Part shown: positions 14,025 through 24,083 of the stretch, in pieces | How the letters are laid out: each line of letters opens with the position of its first letter | Numbering within the stretch: position 1 is the first letter of the stretch | DNA from: Octopus sinensis | Taxonomy: Eukaryota | Assembly: GCF_006345805.1 (NCBI RefSeq) | Contig: NW_021835019.1 | Span: 1-43,105, forward strand | DNA: 43,105 nt | Direction: 5' to 3' | Position numbers and translations under genes: made by a program | The notes under the pieces: model-generated | Databases searched by the model: none | The model's input: the letters and a program-made list of their open reading frames with translations, nothing else | Told to the model about the DNA's origin: nothing

Positions 14025-14322
14025 CTAGCTCGGCAGCTCGCTTCGCTCACCGCGACCTAGCTCCTGCGGAGGGCCTGTTTCATCAAACAACTATAAGTTA
14101 TGTAGATGTATAAAACTACCTGGTTAATGTAACCCTATTCTATCGCCTGTTGATAAACGATGTTTGTCGTCGTCCTTCCTTGGCATATATGAATAAATTT
14201 TCTCTTCTGCTACCCTCGAGCATCCCACATACAGCTGTCCATGTGAAAAAGCACTCACTCTCTAAAAATAACCCAACTACCTTTAATGACTGTCCCTGGG
14301 CCTTGTTTATTGTCATTGCAAA
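14025..14322 (-). mobile_element. Helitron 3' end with PIF1-helicase C-terminal fragment
   Basis: Minus strand encodes '[36 protein letters not shown]'. Ends in CTAG|T (plus 14025-14028) with a subterminal GCGAAGC hairpin. Clearly homologous to 41063-41380. Confidence 0.85.
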
Positions 14323-14632
14323 CTTTTTTTTTCATTTTTGGTGGTTTATTTTTTTTCTATTTAATTTTTTCATTTTTCCTTTGTAATTTCCTTTTTTTTC
14401 TTTTTTTATTTTTTGTTTTTTACTGGCGGAAATGCGGCGGGCAAGAAAGCGACACACAAAAAAGCGACACACAAAAAAAGATTTAATTAATACCTTATTA
14501 AGCTGACCGTTTTTCTTCAGCTTCGTTTTCCTCCTTCGGTTATCTATTTAAAAAATTATTTTTGAATAATAAAAAAGTTTAGGAAAAGAGGCATACCGAA
14601 AATAAATTCTATCTTTACGAAAAACTCAAGTA

Positions 14633-16357
14633 CAGTCCGACCCCAAAATGGGGCAGGACCCCAGGGGTGGGGGCACCCCGGATTTTGGGGCACCCCCGCA
14701 ATTTGGGGCACTTTATTCCAAAAGTACATTTTGGCAGAAAAAAAATAAAAATCGATAAAAAATTATGGAATTTTGGGGCACCATAAAATCATTTATAAGG
14801 AATTAAAAATAAAAAAAAATTATAATAAATTAATTATTTTTTGTTTTATTTTCAATTTTATTTTTATTGTTGTGGTTATGGATTACGAAACTAAATTGAG
14901 ATGCTAAAGAAATTTTGAAGAAAAATTTATCTGAGAGGCAACTAATGAAAAAGTACAACACAAGTAAAGGAACAATATCAAGAATAAAACGAAATATTGT
15001 ACCTTCTTGCAACACGGCAATACTATTTCTGAGGAATATGACACATTTAAAGCCGATAAAGATAAATTTGATGATCAGTCTTTGAAATATTTCAAAGACT
15101 ACGCGTAGATAAAATTCCGATTTCAGGCCCTATTTTGAAAAAAATTGCCTTAGTTACAGCTTCAAAAATTGGATTTACTTCTTTTAAAGCTTCCAATGGG
15201 TGGCTTGATAGATTTAATTGCGGCATGAACTTCAATTCAAGTCAATATGTGGTGAAAAAGCTTCATGTGATTTATCTTATGTGAAAAATTATTTTGAAAA
15301 ATATGACCAGAAAGTATTAAAATATGGACCTGAGAATATATTTAATTGTGATGAAATGCGCTTTTTATAAAAGAACTCCTCAAAAATCATTTGTTGAACA
15401 AGGCGAACCGTGTTTTGGTTATAAACAGGGAAAGAAAGACTCACTGTTCTTCTATGCTGCAGTTTAATCGGGGAAAAACTTAATCCATTGATTATTGGAA
15501 AATATAAAAAACCTCGGTGTCTAAAAAAATTTTGATGTTCAAGATTTGGGGTTTTGTATGCATCTTCTCAAAATGCATGGATGACTGGAAAGACTTTTAT
15601 GAGTTGGCTACACTTATAAATGAATCGTTTTGCAAAAACAACAGAAAAATATTATTAATACTTGACAATGCGGGATGCCATAAAACTGCCGAATGTTCGA
15701 ACATCGAATTTTTATTTTTGCCGAAAAATACAACGCCCTATTTACAACCTTTGGATATGGGAATAATCAGATTTTAAAGATTATTATTCCTTTTCTTAAT
15801 GGAATTTTTATGTTTTCAAGATTTCGAAAACGATTTTACACATTCTATGGTAAATTAAATTTGCGTCAGGTTATGATGCTAATTTCAAAAGGATGGGAGA
15901 AAATAGATGCTAAAAGTATTGTTAATTGTTGGAAGAAAATCGACAGGAACCGTGATTTCTTAGCAACAAAAAACTGTCTAACAGATGAACATTTAGATCA
16001 AGTTGTTAACGAAACAATTGATGGAGAATGCGAAGACATGAACAATAATGTTATGATACATATTCAGAAACCGAAAATAGTGAAAATGTCGTAGCAAAAA
16101 CAAAAGATCTGCTTAACAATTTAGAAGAAAAAATTTCTAATGTTGCAACCAAGTATGCTCCGAGATTTTTTTGATTTTCGGCTGAAATTGACGAACAATA
16201 TCAGACAAAACTCTACAAATAAAAGAAAATAATGAATATTTTAGTAAAAATGTTTTTTGATGTTATTAATGGTTAATTTTTAAAAAAATAACAAACCCTG
16301 TTTTTGGGGCACCCCCGCATTTTGGGGCACTTGGTGCCCCATTTGGGGGTCGGACTG
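14633..16357 (+). mobile_element. Tigger/pogo (Tc1/mariner superfamily) DNA transposon, full span with disrupted transposase
   Basis: 23-bp TIRs CAGTCCGACCCC(A/C)AAATGGGGCA with 1 mismatch; TA target duplications at 14631-14632 and 16358-16359. HTH 'LSERQLMKKYNTSKGTISRIKRN', 'NIFNCDE', 'ILLILDNAGCH', 'FLPKNTTPYLQPLDMGII'; multiple frameshifts. Confidence 0.92.
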
Positions 16358-16398
16358 TAAATAGTTAATATTTTTACGCAAATTCTTCTGATTGCGCT

Positions 16399-16602
16399 GT
16401 CAATTGGTGGTAAATTGTGTTAATGGTGTGCTAATGTGGTTTCAACTATCAAAGTGTTTTTCAAAATCTGTTAATTGCACACTCTATTCAAGGTCGTGCG
16501 TCAATTGGTGGTAAATTGTGTTAATGATTGTACTAATGTGGTTTCAACTATCAAAGTGGTTTTTCAAAATCTGTTAATTGCACACTCTATTCAAAGTCGT
16601 GC
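16399..16602. repeat. Tandem duplication, 2 x ~101 bp
   Basis: Units start at 16399 and 16500 (GTCAATTGGTGGTAAATTGTGTTAATG...CACACTCTATTCAA(G/A)GTCGTGC), few substitutions. Confidence 0.9.
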
Positions 16603-16811
16603 AATCTGTGATTGCACATTCTGTCAAAGTCAAATATGATAATAGCTTTAATTTTGATTCATGGTCGATAATGATATATGCATTAATTTTAAAGAGAAAA
16701 ACATAGGATGAATTGAATTTCTTTATCGCGAATAATTGGGAGTTCATCTTTGTTAATATTCTCGCTGTCGTTTTCATCAAGGATATTCTTAATACGTGAG
16801 ATTTTTGCCTC

Positions 16812-17601
16812 GAAGTTTTAATGGACCTCATCATGAATGTCGAGGACATTAACGTTGTTCATTTTAATCAAATGCAGAAAATAATTTTGATTTTTGGCGG
16901 GAAGGTTTTAAGGACCTCATCATGTAAGTCGAGGACATCGTAGTTGTTCATTTTATCCAAAATGCAGAAAATTTTTTTTTAATTTTTTTGGGGGGAAGGT
17001 TTTAAGGACTTCATCATGTAGTCGAGGACATTGTAGTTGTTCATTTTAACCAAAATGCAGAAAACTTTTTTTTAGTTTTTTTTTGGGGGAAGGCTTTAAG
17101 GACTTCATCATGTAAGTCGAGGACATTGTAGTTGTTCATTTTAACCAAAATGCAGAAAACTTTTTTTTAATTTTTTTTGGGGGGAAGGTTTTAAGGACTT
17201 CATCATGTAAGTCGAGGACATTGTAGTTGTTCATTTTACCAAAATGCAGAAAATTTTTTTTTATTTTTTTGGGGGGAAGGTTTTAAGGACTTCGTCATGT
17301 AAGTCGAGGACATTGTAGTTGTTCATTTTAACCAAAATGCAGAAATTAATTTTTTTTAATTTTTTTTGGGGGGAAGGTTTTAAGGACTTCATCATGTAAG
17401 TCGAGGACATTGTAGTTGTTCATTTAAACACAAAATGCAGAAAACTTTTTTTTAATTTTTTTGGGGGGAAGGTTTTAAGGACTTCATCATGTAAGTCGAG
17501 GACATTGTAGTTTTCATTTTAACCAAAATGCAGAAAATTTTTTTTTAATTTTTTTGGGGGGAAGGTTTTAAGGACCTCATCATGTAAGTCGAGGACATCG
17601 T
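16812..17601. repeat. ~94-bp tandem (mini)satellite array, about 8.5 units
   Basis: Unit GAAGGTTTTAAGGAC(T/C)TCATCATGTAAGTCGAGGACAT(T/C)GTAGTTGTTCATTTTAACCAAAATGCAGAAAA-Tn-AA-Tn-Gn. Starts at 16901, 16995, 17089, 17184, 17276, 17373, 17468 and 17561 (last partial), plus a diverged unit at 16812. Confidence 0.97.
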
Positions 17602-17630
17602 ATTGCCAATTTGAAGTTGGTGTGCACACA

Positions 17631-17651
17631 CAGACAGACAGACAGACAGAC
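17631..17651. repeat. (CAGA)5 microsatellite with flanking CA repeats
   Basis: CACACA-CAGACAGACAGACAGACAGAC-ACACAC directly after the array. Confidence 0.9.
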
Positions 17652-17782
17652 ACACACCATACCATTTTATTATTAAGAAATGAAATTATAAAAGTTTCAG
17701 CTATTAAATGAAGATTCGGCTTATTTTCCTACTTTAAAAAGCTCTTTTTCATGTATAAAATAAAACTTGATTTTCGAAAAAA

Positions 17783-17990
17783 TTTTATAAAAGATTCGGT
17801 GATTTCTCGTCTTTTAAACGGGAAATTGTATTACTCGCAGCACCATTCGCTTTTGATTTTTTCACTTTAGATAAAAGTTTACAAATGGAATTGTTTGAGA
17901 TCCAATCGGATACTATACTAAATGCTAAATATTTGGAGATTGATATACCTGCATTTTTACGCATCTTCTTGAAAAGTTTAAAAACTTTAT
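17783..17990 (+). mobile_element. hAT transposase fragment (SPIN/Charlie/GTF2IRD2-like C-terminal region)
   Basis: 'FYKRFGDFSSFKREIVLLAAPFAFDFFTLDKSLQMELFEIQSDTILNAKYLEIDIPAF' matches F..RF.DF...F..PF...LQMELI.LQ.D..LK.K. Confidence 0.7.
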
Positions 17991-18099
17991 AAATTTTGCC
18001 GACTGGGGAGGATCGTCGGTCTTTTAGTTACTAGAACAATCTTAGTATACAAAAGTAGTCGTGTAATGGTAATTTGAGTAGTGTTATTAGTGCTAATCT

Positions 18100-18890
18100 C
18101 AATCAATTCAACAGAATTGCTTAAACTTTAGTTCACTCAAATAGGATACAGCATCTTGTCTCATGTCCACAGTCTTTCTACTATAACGTCAGGCTTGAGA
18201 TCTTTGTGAGTAATCACTAATAGCTGCTGTCTTCCTACATGATTTTTTTTTGGCAGATGTATTTCTCAATGCACTGCCATTGTTATTTAGCATGTTTAAA
18301 GCAGAGGAAGGCTAGTAGGAATCACGCGAAGCGAATACGAATTGTGCTTCTTTCATATTTAAATTTTCTTGAAATGCTCTGTACACCAGTGATGAAACCA
18401 CTTATTGCCTTTAGAATGCTTTTACGCCTGTTTGCCTTGTCTGAAATGTTTGAAAGATGTTTGTTGTAGGACATGGTCAGTTAAAGGTAAGTCTGAGGAC
18501 AATGGGGTGTTTGGATAGTGGAAAATCAGAATCAAAGAGAGATAGCCTGGGATGTATGTTTGATTGATTTCTGTCGGAAAATAGTAAAATGACCAAAGAC
18601 TTGAAGGACAAAGTCTCGATCCTGTTTTCGATGAGGCAATTTTCAACAGAGAATAGTTTTGGCTGAATCTTGAAAGGGGCAGCTTTGTAGTCTTCGTGTT
18701 TTAAGGCAATAATAATATCGTCTGATAAAGACAGCGTCAATTTTTTCGGGCCCGGGAAGTCAAATATACGTTAAACAAGGTCAGAGACAGTACGGAACCT
18801 TTTAGTACCCCGTTTGAAAGATAAAGTTGTCAGAACAATGGTCCAAAGGAGAGGCGTAACCCCTACGCCCAGATAGAAAGTTTGGAACCC
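18100..18890 (-). mobile_element. Degenerate Ingi/I-group-like LINE RT (same family as 8330-9200)
   Basis: 'NGVLKGSVLSLTLFNVY' (GVPQGSVLSP), 'LSDDIII' (YADD), 'KHPIVLRLTFN', 'MSYNKHLSNISDKANRRKSILKAISG'. Confidence 0.75.
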
Positions 18891-19084
18891 ATAATTTGAC
18901 GTTTAAGCTTATTAATTTAAATAATTAAAAATTGATGATTTTAATTCTAATAATTGAAGCACCTACCTAATAAAATAATATATTTAAAAGTAATTTAGCC
19001 GCGAAAAAAATCTCAATTTATTAAATAAATAAAAGCAATAATTTTTTAATGAAATGACCAAAATAGATAAAAATGTTGATATAT

Positions 19085-19352
19085 TTAATCAAGACGGGGA
19101 GCACGACGACGATATACTTGTGGAAGAGGTTGGTCGACGGTGGAATAATTATCAGGAGAAGTTTCCTAATTAAATAACCAAATAAAGCTGCACCTGAGAT
19201 TGCTCTACTATACGCCTCTTGAACATATATATGAGAACCAATACGAAAGGACTCATAAACAGTGCGACAATACCAAGAACTAGTAAAGGTTTTGGTTCAT
19301 CTGATTCCCCTTGGCTCGTCACAAATTCTAATAACCAAAGAAAGACCCACAT
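19085..19352 (-). CDS. Orphan 79-aa single-pass membrane microprotein
   Basis: ATG 19352; one 28-nt GT-AG intron (19166-19193). Product MWVFLWLLEFVTSQGESDEPKPLLVLGIVALFMSPFVLVLIYMFKRRIVEQSQETSPDNYSTVDQPLPQVYRRRAPRLD*: hydrophobic N-terminus, TM helix, KRR stop-transfer motif. Confidence 0.6.
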
Positions 19353-19589
19353 CAGAAAGAATATTAGTTAATTATATTTTATTTATAAATTTGTTTTTTA
19401 ATTAATTTTTTAAGTAAAGTAACAATTTTTGTACTATTTAAATTTTTTAAGAGAAAGGCTTCAAAAAATACGTCTCTCAAAATTCATTCGCTGAAATTAT
19501 ATTGAGATACTATAATTTTTTTATTAATATAATATTAACCAGTACAAGAGTAATCATTAATTAATTAAATAAAATTTAAAACTATTACA

Positions 19590-20219
19590 ATGTCTTCTCT
19601 GGTGAGTATTTCACCCGAATTTCCTACGTTCCAATGTAAATAACAAATTTTTTACTTTCAGTCGGTCGGGCGACTGGTCAAACAGCCTCAGTAACACTTA
19701 CTAACAATTCCAAGGAGTATTCCATCCAATTCAAAGTTAAGACGACAATGCCAAAGAACTACTCCGTCCGTCCCAACGGAGGTTGTTTGGCTCCTCAAGA
19801 ACAAATCAATATTTCTGGTATTTTCTAAGAGTAGAATAAAGCTAGTGACTTGGCAACCCTCCGACTCATCTGAGAACTCAACGAAACACCGATTTCTTAT
19901 CCAAGCAGTCAGGGCTCTTCCAGAGGCCAAGATAAAGTGGGACGAAATATCTCCCAAGGATATTGTCTCCAAACAATTTCTAATTTCTTTCCCGGACGAG
20001 AATTTGTCCACAGCGGTTGAATCTGAACATCGTGAGTCAGTCGAGTTGAGGGAAAGATTGAAGGTTTCCAAGGCTGAATTGGAAAGGACAGTCGAAGAAA
20101 ATGAAAGGGCGAGGGATGTGTTGAGCAAAGCGACCCTTCCTCAGTCCTCTCCTGTTTCATATGCTCTACTTCTCCTCCTGGCAATTGTCTCGTTTTTCCT
20201 TGGAGCTTATTTTTTCTAA
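19590..20219 (+). CDS. VAP: VAMP-associated protein (MSP domain, coiled coil, C-terminal TM), 191 aa
   Basis: Introns 19636-19661 (26 nt) and 19818-19845 (28 nt). 'FKVKTTMPKNYSVRPNGG', 'KHRFLIQAV', C-terminal 'YALLLLLAIVSFFLGAYFF'. Confidence 0.92.
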
Positions 20220-20454
20220 TATTCTTACATATCTTGTTTGGTTTTGATAATAATATGTTGCAATAGCGATCAGTGTGGTGACCTAGTGACCTAAATTCTC
20301 GTGAAGGTGACTTTTATGGTGAATTAAAAACGTCATTTTAATTACGCTTTGGGTTTAAATGAAGCGGCTAAGACGAAGTACATTGATGACTTTTTCATTG
20401 ACAAACAGAAAATTATTATTATATAGCATTGTCGGAAAATCATAAATTTAATTA

Positions 20455-21085
20455 AGTTTTCCTTGTGCCACAGCCAGTATCCTCACACACATCGGTTTCC
20501 ATGCCCCCTGTTCTTTGCTATAGTCCGTAATGAATCAAGATCGTCCCCACTTTTCAGTCTTTTGTTTACTCCTGTCAAGTCTTCGTTTAACGCGGTAGGT
20601 AGAGTGACTCTAGGTCTTCCACGGAAAGCTCCTTTGGATTGGGCAAAATAGTTTTCCATGGCGATGTTCGGCGGAGCGAGGTTGTCCAGTCTCAGTATGT
20701 GCCCAAAAAGTCTCCATCTAGATTCCAGGATGTCCATGGAGATCGGTCTCGAGTTAGATCTGTTGTATAAGGCCGAGTTAGATATTTTTCTTGGGAATTG
20801 TATGTTCATAATTCTTCTCAGTTGATTTCGATGAAATTGGTTCAAACTGTTCATATCAGTTTTGGTCATTCCCCATGTCGATCCGTTATACGTCAAGACA
20901 GGAACAATAAACGTGTTATATATCTTTAGTTTTGTCTTTGTATTCAGTTTCCTTAATCTCCAAATGTTCAAAAATTTGTTATACGCAGCGATCGATAATA
21001 TCTTTCTATGGGTGATATTTTCAGAGTCACCCAGGAGTGATCCGACTTTTTATGCTTTCTTCAAGGCTCATCATTGGTGCGTTCA
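20455..21085 (-). mobile_element. 5'-truncated RTE-like LINE (RT thumb and C-terminus)
   Basis: 'KVGSLLGD', 'TKLKIYNTFIVPVLTYNGSTW', 'RWRLFGHILRL', 'RGRPRVTL', 'RLKSGDDLDSLR'. Confidence 0.85.
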
Positions 21086-21454
21086 GCACAAACAAAAAAT
21101 ACTTTTTAGATATTCTGAATCTTCCGATCCATCCTTTCTGACTACCTAAAAAGTACTTGAAAACATAAACTATGCTTTATGAGAAGGGAAATATTATACA
21201 CTCGTCTTCGGAAAAATGGTTTTCCCTTGCAAGTTTAGAATCACTTAATTGTAAAATTTTCCTTTCTTTCATTTATCTTGGTTATTTTTTGTTGAATAAT
21301 ATATCATTGTTTTATAATTTATCTCTACAATGAGAATGCAAATAAATCGACAATATTGGAACTGATGGAAATCCAACGTAAATATTTATGAAAAAATCGA
21401 AAAGAAGCCCTTGCACTCTATTTTGTTTTAAAGTTTAAAGAATACTAAAGTTGA

Positions 21455-21750
21455 TGTTAATGAGCCTTGCGAGTGGCTAATCTACGGCAACAATTCCCCC
21501 CGGACTGAAGCACGCCTGTGCCTGCTGAAAAACCGAAACTTGTTTTTCAATAACGGAGAGAATAAACGCAGCCACTGCAACTTATCCAAAAAGACCGTTG
21601 ATCACCTTGCCACCAAATTTGGGCAATGCTTAACGGCTCGTATCTTAGACGCCACAACGATGTGGTCAAATGCTTGCATCTGCATCTATGTCGCCAATAT
21701 GGAATCAAAAAGTTTAAAAATTAAAAACTCATTCAGTCCAATCTGTTACC
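21455..21750 (+). mobile_element. R4/Dong-like (restriction-like endonuclease) non-LTR retrotransposon fragment
   Basis: 'WLIYGNNSPRTEARLCLLKNRNLF', 'HCNLSKKTVDHLATK', 'YLRRHNDVVKCLHLHLCRQYG' (CCHC region followed by the RHN motif). Confidence 0.65.
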
Positions 21751-22014
21751 ACCAACCTTTCATCTAACTTAATCGGTTGGAAATTAGAATCAAATAATTC
21801 TTGTTGCTCGTCTATCATAATTTATAAAAAAGCGTTACTTGCCAAATCATTTTTCTGTAAAATTACTGTTCGACTTCTGGATCTTCATTGATATTTGAAA
21901 CATCTAAATATATTTTCTCTTGAATCCAACTATCGTCTCTGTTGTCATCAATTTTGCTTTTCTTTGCAATCTTTATCCCCAGCCGAAGAAGGAAAAAAAG
22001 TGATTCCAGACCGA

Positions 22015-22560
22015 TTACCCCCGATGAATGCCTCGACGGCTATTGACGCAAAAATTTGATTTCTGGCCAAGGACGAATATTTTCTTGATTTTCTGAGGTC
22101 TGCGAGTTTTGCCGCCAGTAACTGACGAGATCGGATTGTTGGGAAAGAAAGTTTCGGAGCATGTCGCGTCCCAGATGAGGCATTTCCGGTGGTCGAAACG
22201 AAATGTTGTCATGCCATCTGGGCGCTTTCCATCTCCGCGATTCAACACGACTGGTTTCAACACATTAGGGTATCCCGTAGATGTCAGGGCACGGATTACC
22301 ACATAATTAAGCCCAGAGTGGCGGGGGAAACGGCCAGCGCTACGACGGCAGGATACCGGGTGTAGTCCCAAGGTGTCAACCGTCTGACTACACCGGCATT
22401 GATGCTCACGGCAGATTTTCGATTCAAGGCGCAGGAAAAACTGCAATGCGTAGGCATTTGTTATCCAGTAACGTCCCGACTGGCGCCATTGGGATGGCTG
22501 TCAGCCGGGCTCCTGAATACTTTTGGGACCATGCAAGGAGACAGGCCAGGCGGTATCGAT
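22015..22560 (-). mobile_element. CRE-like retrotransposon 3' fragment (zinc knuckle plus REL endonuclease)
   Basis: 'LLDNKCLRIAV.LRL..ICREHQCRC...GLHPVSC...GRFPRHSGLN...GDGKRPDGMT...IWDATC'; paralogous to 32050-32400. Confidence 0.8.
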
Positions 22561-22699
22561 AGAAAAGTTTTGATTTATGACTAAAATAAATTTAAAAATT
22601 TTTAATTACAGTAAAGTATAAATTTAATTATAAATAATAATCAAATAATTAATAACCCAACATCGAAATAAAATTATTCTTTAATTATGGTGTAATAAA

Positions 22700-23954
22700 A
22701 TGGTGCAAGTAAATAATCTTTGTCTCTCACAAACGAACAGGTAAAATCTCGCTCTAATTCTCCCAGATATCTTTGCGTAGCCACAAGCAAAGGGTACGGA
22801 GTGTTTAACTATGCGGCCAATAACCTACAACTCATTCACTCAGACAGCCAAAATGAACCCGTCAACGTTTCCCTCATTGCTTTCAACTCTGATGAAAATA
22901 TTGTTTATTTTGTAACAAGCGAGAAGCCGAGAATCCTACATGTTTACGAACTCGACACTCAAAAGACATTAAAGGGAGTCACATTCACTGCTGAAATATC
23001 GGCCATTGATGTCGATAACAAAGTATATATTGTAATACATATATAGACTGTTATTATTAAAGTATCTTCCAGAATTCACGCTTTTCATTCCAGGGATTTC
23101 ACTCCTCGAGGGAGTGTCATTTCTGACGTCGACCCCGACTCTTCTGCACAGGCAATCCGGAATGACATTGTGGTCTACCCGTGTTACGATCATGCTGGTT
23201 CCGTGGGGGCTAGGAAAATTGGGGGTGATAATTATTGCCCTTCGTTTCCGTGTTTTACAGAATCTATATCTGCTCTGGCTCTGTCGCGGCATCTCTACTA
23301 TTTGGCTGTGGCTCCCCTTTCTGTTTAGTGCTTTCATTATTTGTAGGGAAAACTCATTCGCGTGTATAGTCTTAACGAACAAATGCTCATCTTCGAGTTT
23401 GTAAGAGGACTTTTGAGGTATTTTCGCACATAAATCAAAGACCCGCAAAAATCACTTGCCTCTTCTTTTTTAACTTTGACTTTTTGGTCGTTTCTTCCAA
23501 CACTGATTCCGTGCACATATTTCCTCTTCTGTCCACCAGTGAGATTACCACTCCGAACACATGGTGGGATACAGCCACTAATTTGGGGAGATCCCTCATT
23601 CGTCTACTGCCTGGGGAGTACTCGCAAACTACCTCCCATCCCAGGAGTGTCTGCACTGTCAAAATACCTTGTGGTCCCGGATACCAGACCAATGTGTTGA
23701 TGACTGGGTACTTTAGTGTGTTGACGCTAGGACTGTGGGGCATATGGTACTCCACGTGGTTTCTGCACTTGGATGGTTATATTCCTTCGAGTTCGAGCCG
23801 AGTTGGAGTTACCGTGAAGTATTTCGTACTTCATTTCTGTTCTCGATTGTACTTTATTAATAGAGGGGAAATCTTCTGGGGAGTAGATGATGATATTATC
23901 GATTGTGAGAGCGAATTGGATGAAGATCTTCCTCCCCGGTCTTTCTTTGCTTAA
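22700..23954 (+). CDS. WIPI: PROPPIN, WIPI1/2 (Atg18)-like beta-propeller
   Basis: Introns 22741-22766, 23023-23046, 23323-23346 and 23418-23440. Spliced core 'LAVAPLSGKLIRVYS...FEFVRGLLRPAKITCL...FLVVSSNTDSVHIF' aligns with WIPI2 'LATASEKGTVIRVFS...EFRRG.KR...SSNTETVHIF'. More 3n introns may lie in the last ORF. Confidence 0.85.
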
Positions 23955-24083
23955 ATAATGTATTTACTGTGTGATCAATAAAATATATTTTCTAATATTC
24001 ACATTGACCGAAAATTATCTTAAAAATAATCTTTTAATCAACATTGTAAATATAACATTTTTTAATGATTCAAAACAATTATG

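Noticed and set aside
16812-17601. CRISPR-like repeat/spacer array
   Set aside because: The segments between conserved cores are the same homopolymer-rich sequence, not unique spacers; no cas genes; eukaryotic context.
18239-18660. Plus-strand gene suggested by GTAAGT/GTATGT...AG pairs
   Set aside because: No consistent frame; the minus strand explains the region as a decayed LINE RT.
22969-23755. Minus-strand ORFs of 159 and 106 aa
   Set aside because: Antisense shadows of WIPI; no recognisable motifs.
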